DNA from: Massalongia carnosa
Taxonomy: Eukaryota
Direction: 5' to 3'
DNA length: 64,000 bases
Assembly: GCA_965645245.1 (NCBI GenBank)
Contig: OZ287080.1
Span: 1,302,001-1,366,000, forward strand
In this document: positions 63,015 to 64,000 of the stretch, in pieces
Numbering within the stretch: position 1 is the first letter of the stretch
How the letters are laid out: each line of letters opens with the position of its first letter
Notes under the pieces: model-generated
What the model was told of the DNA's origin: nothing
The model's database searches: none
The model's input: only the letters and a program-made list of their open reading frames with translations
Translations under genes and position numbers: made by a program

Positions 63015-64000
63015 TCATAAACTTACAGCAGGATTCGGAGGAACATGAGTTATCATGTCATGTTGCGATCGCAGAATTACTTCCGGATATACAATGTTAT
63101 CCGTTTTCCAGTCATTTCGTTCCGGAAACAACATACACAATCGAGACACATCCATAACTCGAGATAATGCCACATATAACTGACCATGAGTAAAAGGAGG
63201 AGCTCGCAAATCGACTCCTATCGTGTCCAATGATTAACCTTGCGACTTGTTGACAGTCATAGCAAAGCACAATCGTATCGGAAATTGTTTGCGACTTATG
63301 ATCCAGGGCAACTCGCCTTCCGTGGTATTAAGAAGAATCCGGGGAATTAATCGCGTTTCACCGTTGAATTCTTATCCCAAAATCTTTCCCTCTAGACAGG
63401 TCCACGAAATGTGAGTAAGACGTAATCGGGTGCCGTTACAGAGACCAAGTTTGGGATACAAATTCCGCAAAAAAATGATTCGGGCTCCAAGTTTCAGTTG
63501 CAATTGTGAAGTTTGTATAGACGATGTTTGCAAGGGTTGTAAAAACTCGGGAGGAAGAAAGTCTCCTCGTTCCTGCGCCGTATCGTTCTCTATTTGATCA
63601 ACGGAGTTCAAGGTGTGCGAACCGCCCTGCAATTTATTCAGTACTGCACCGTTTAACTCCGCGACGATATCGTTCCGCAAAGTCAAAATTGCTCGACTTG
63701 CGAAAGAATCCGCATCCAGATGAGCTTGCCGCATGCGATCGGAAGGAAAAACGGTGTCCACGAAACTGTCTAAGTTGTTCAGTTGATTGACTTGTTCCGG
63801 TAGCTGAACACGACCGGAAAAAGCAGGATCATAAGGCATTTTCCCGATCCTGTCCGCAAACGCCTCATTGGCGACTTCGTTACGAATTCGCATGTTTTGA
63901 CGCAAAAACAGGTTTTGAAATCGCGGCCACAGAAGGTGTTTTGAATGTTCGCCGCAACGATGGGTTCCCGATTTCCACGGGGAACAACGGGCAAGATTTG
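63015..64000 (-). mobile_element. Helitron Rep/Helicase C-terminal part (PIF1-like helicase), disrupted, runs off the window
   Basis: QILPVV, LRQNMR, RAILT..N, LRNL...GLCNGTRL, QFPIRLCFAMTVNKSQG*SL and FTHGQLYVALSRV; stops at 63372 and ~63234, frameshift near 63930. Confidence 0.88.

Noticed and set aside
1..64000. CRISPR array, Starship captain (tyrosine recombinase) or rRNA
   Set aside because: No repeat-spacer array, no recognisable DUF3435-like ORF and no rRNA-like sequence seen.

Overview
Intron-containing fungal nuclear DNA from a filamentous ascomycete (GT-AG introns with CTRAY branch points); I cannot name the species from the sequence. Intact host genes: LEU2, APC10/DOC1, PUS7, a BBE-like FAD oxidoreductase, two PTH11-like rhodopsin-domain receptors, a SAM methyltransferase, an ABM-domain protein, an SRA/YDG protein, an F-box-like protein and several hypotheticals. 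Mobile elements: two Tc1/mariner elements (one intact DD38E, one dead DD34E), a near-full-length Tad1-like LINE with a second LINE fragment and a 58-bp truncated copy, two PIF/Harbinger-type MITEs, a MITE with an 8-bp TSD, a 68-bp hairpin mini-element, a chromovirus relic and a Helitron helicase relic. Several pseudogenes are missed by the ORF track: Hsp70-like, BBC1/AIM3-domain, MDR oxidoreductase and F-box/LRR. The best candidate for an undescribed system is a head-to-head pair at about 11.8-16.6 kb, made of a decayed non-canonical Hsp70/actin-like ATPase and a gene whose C-terminus resembles the GrpE beta domain. All protein identities come from motif recognition by eye, not database searches.
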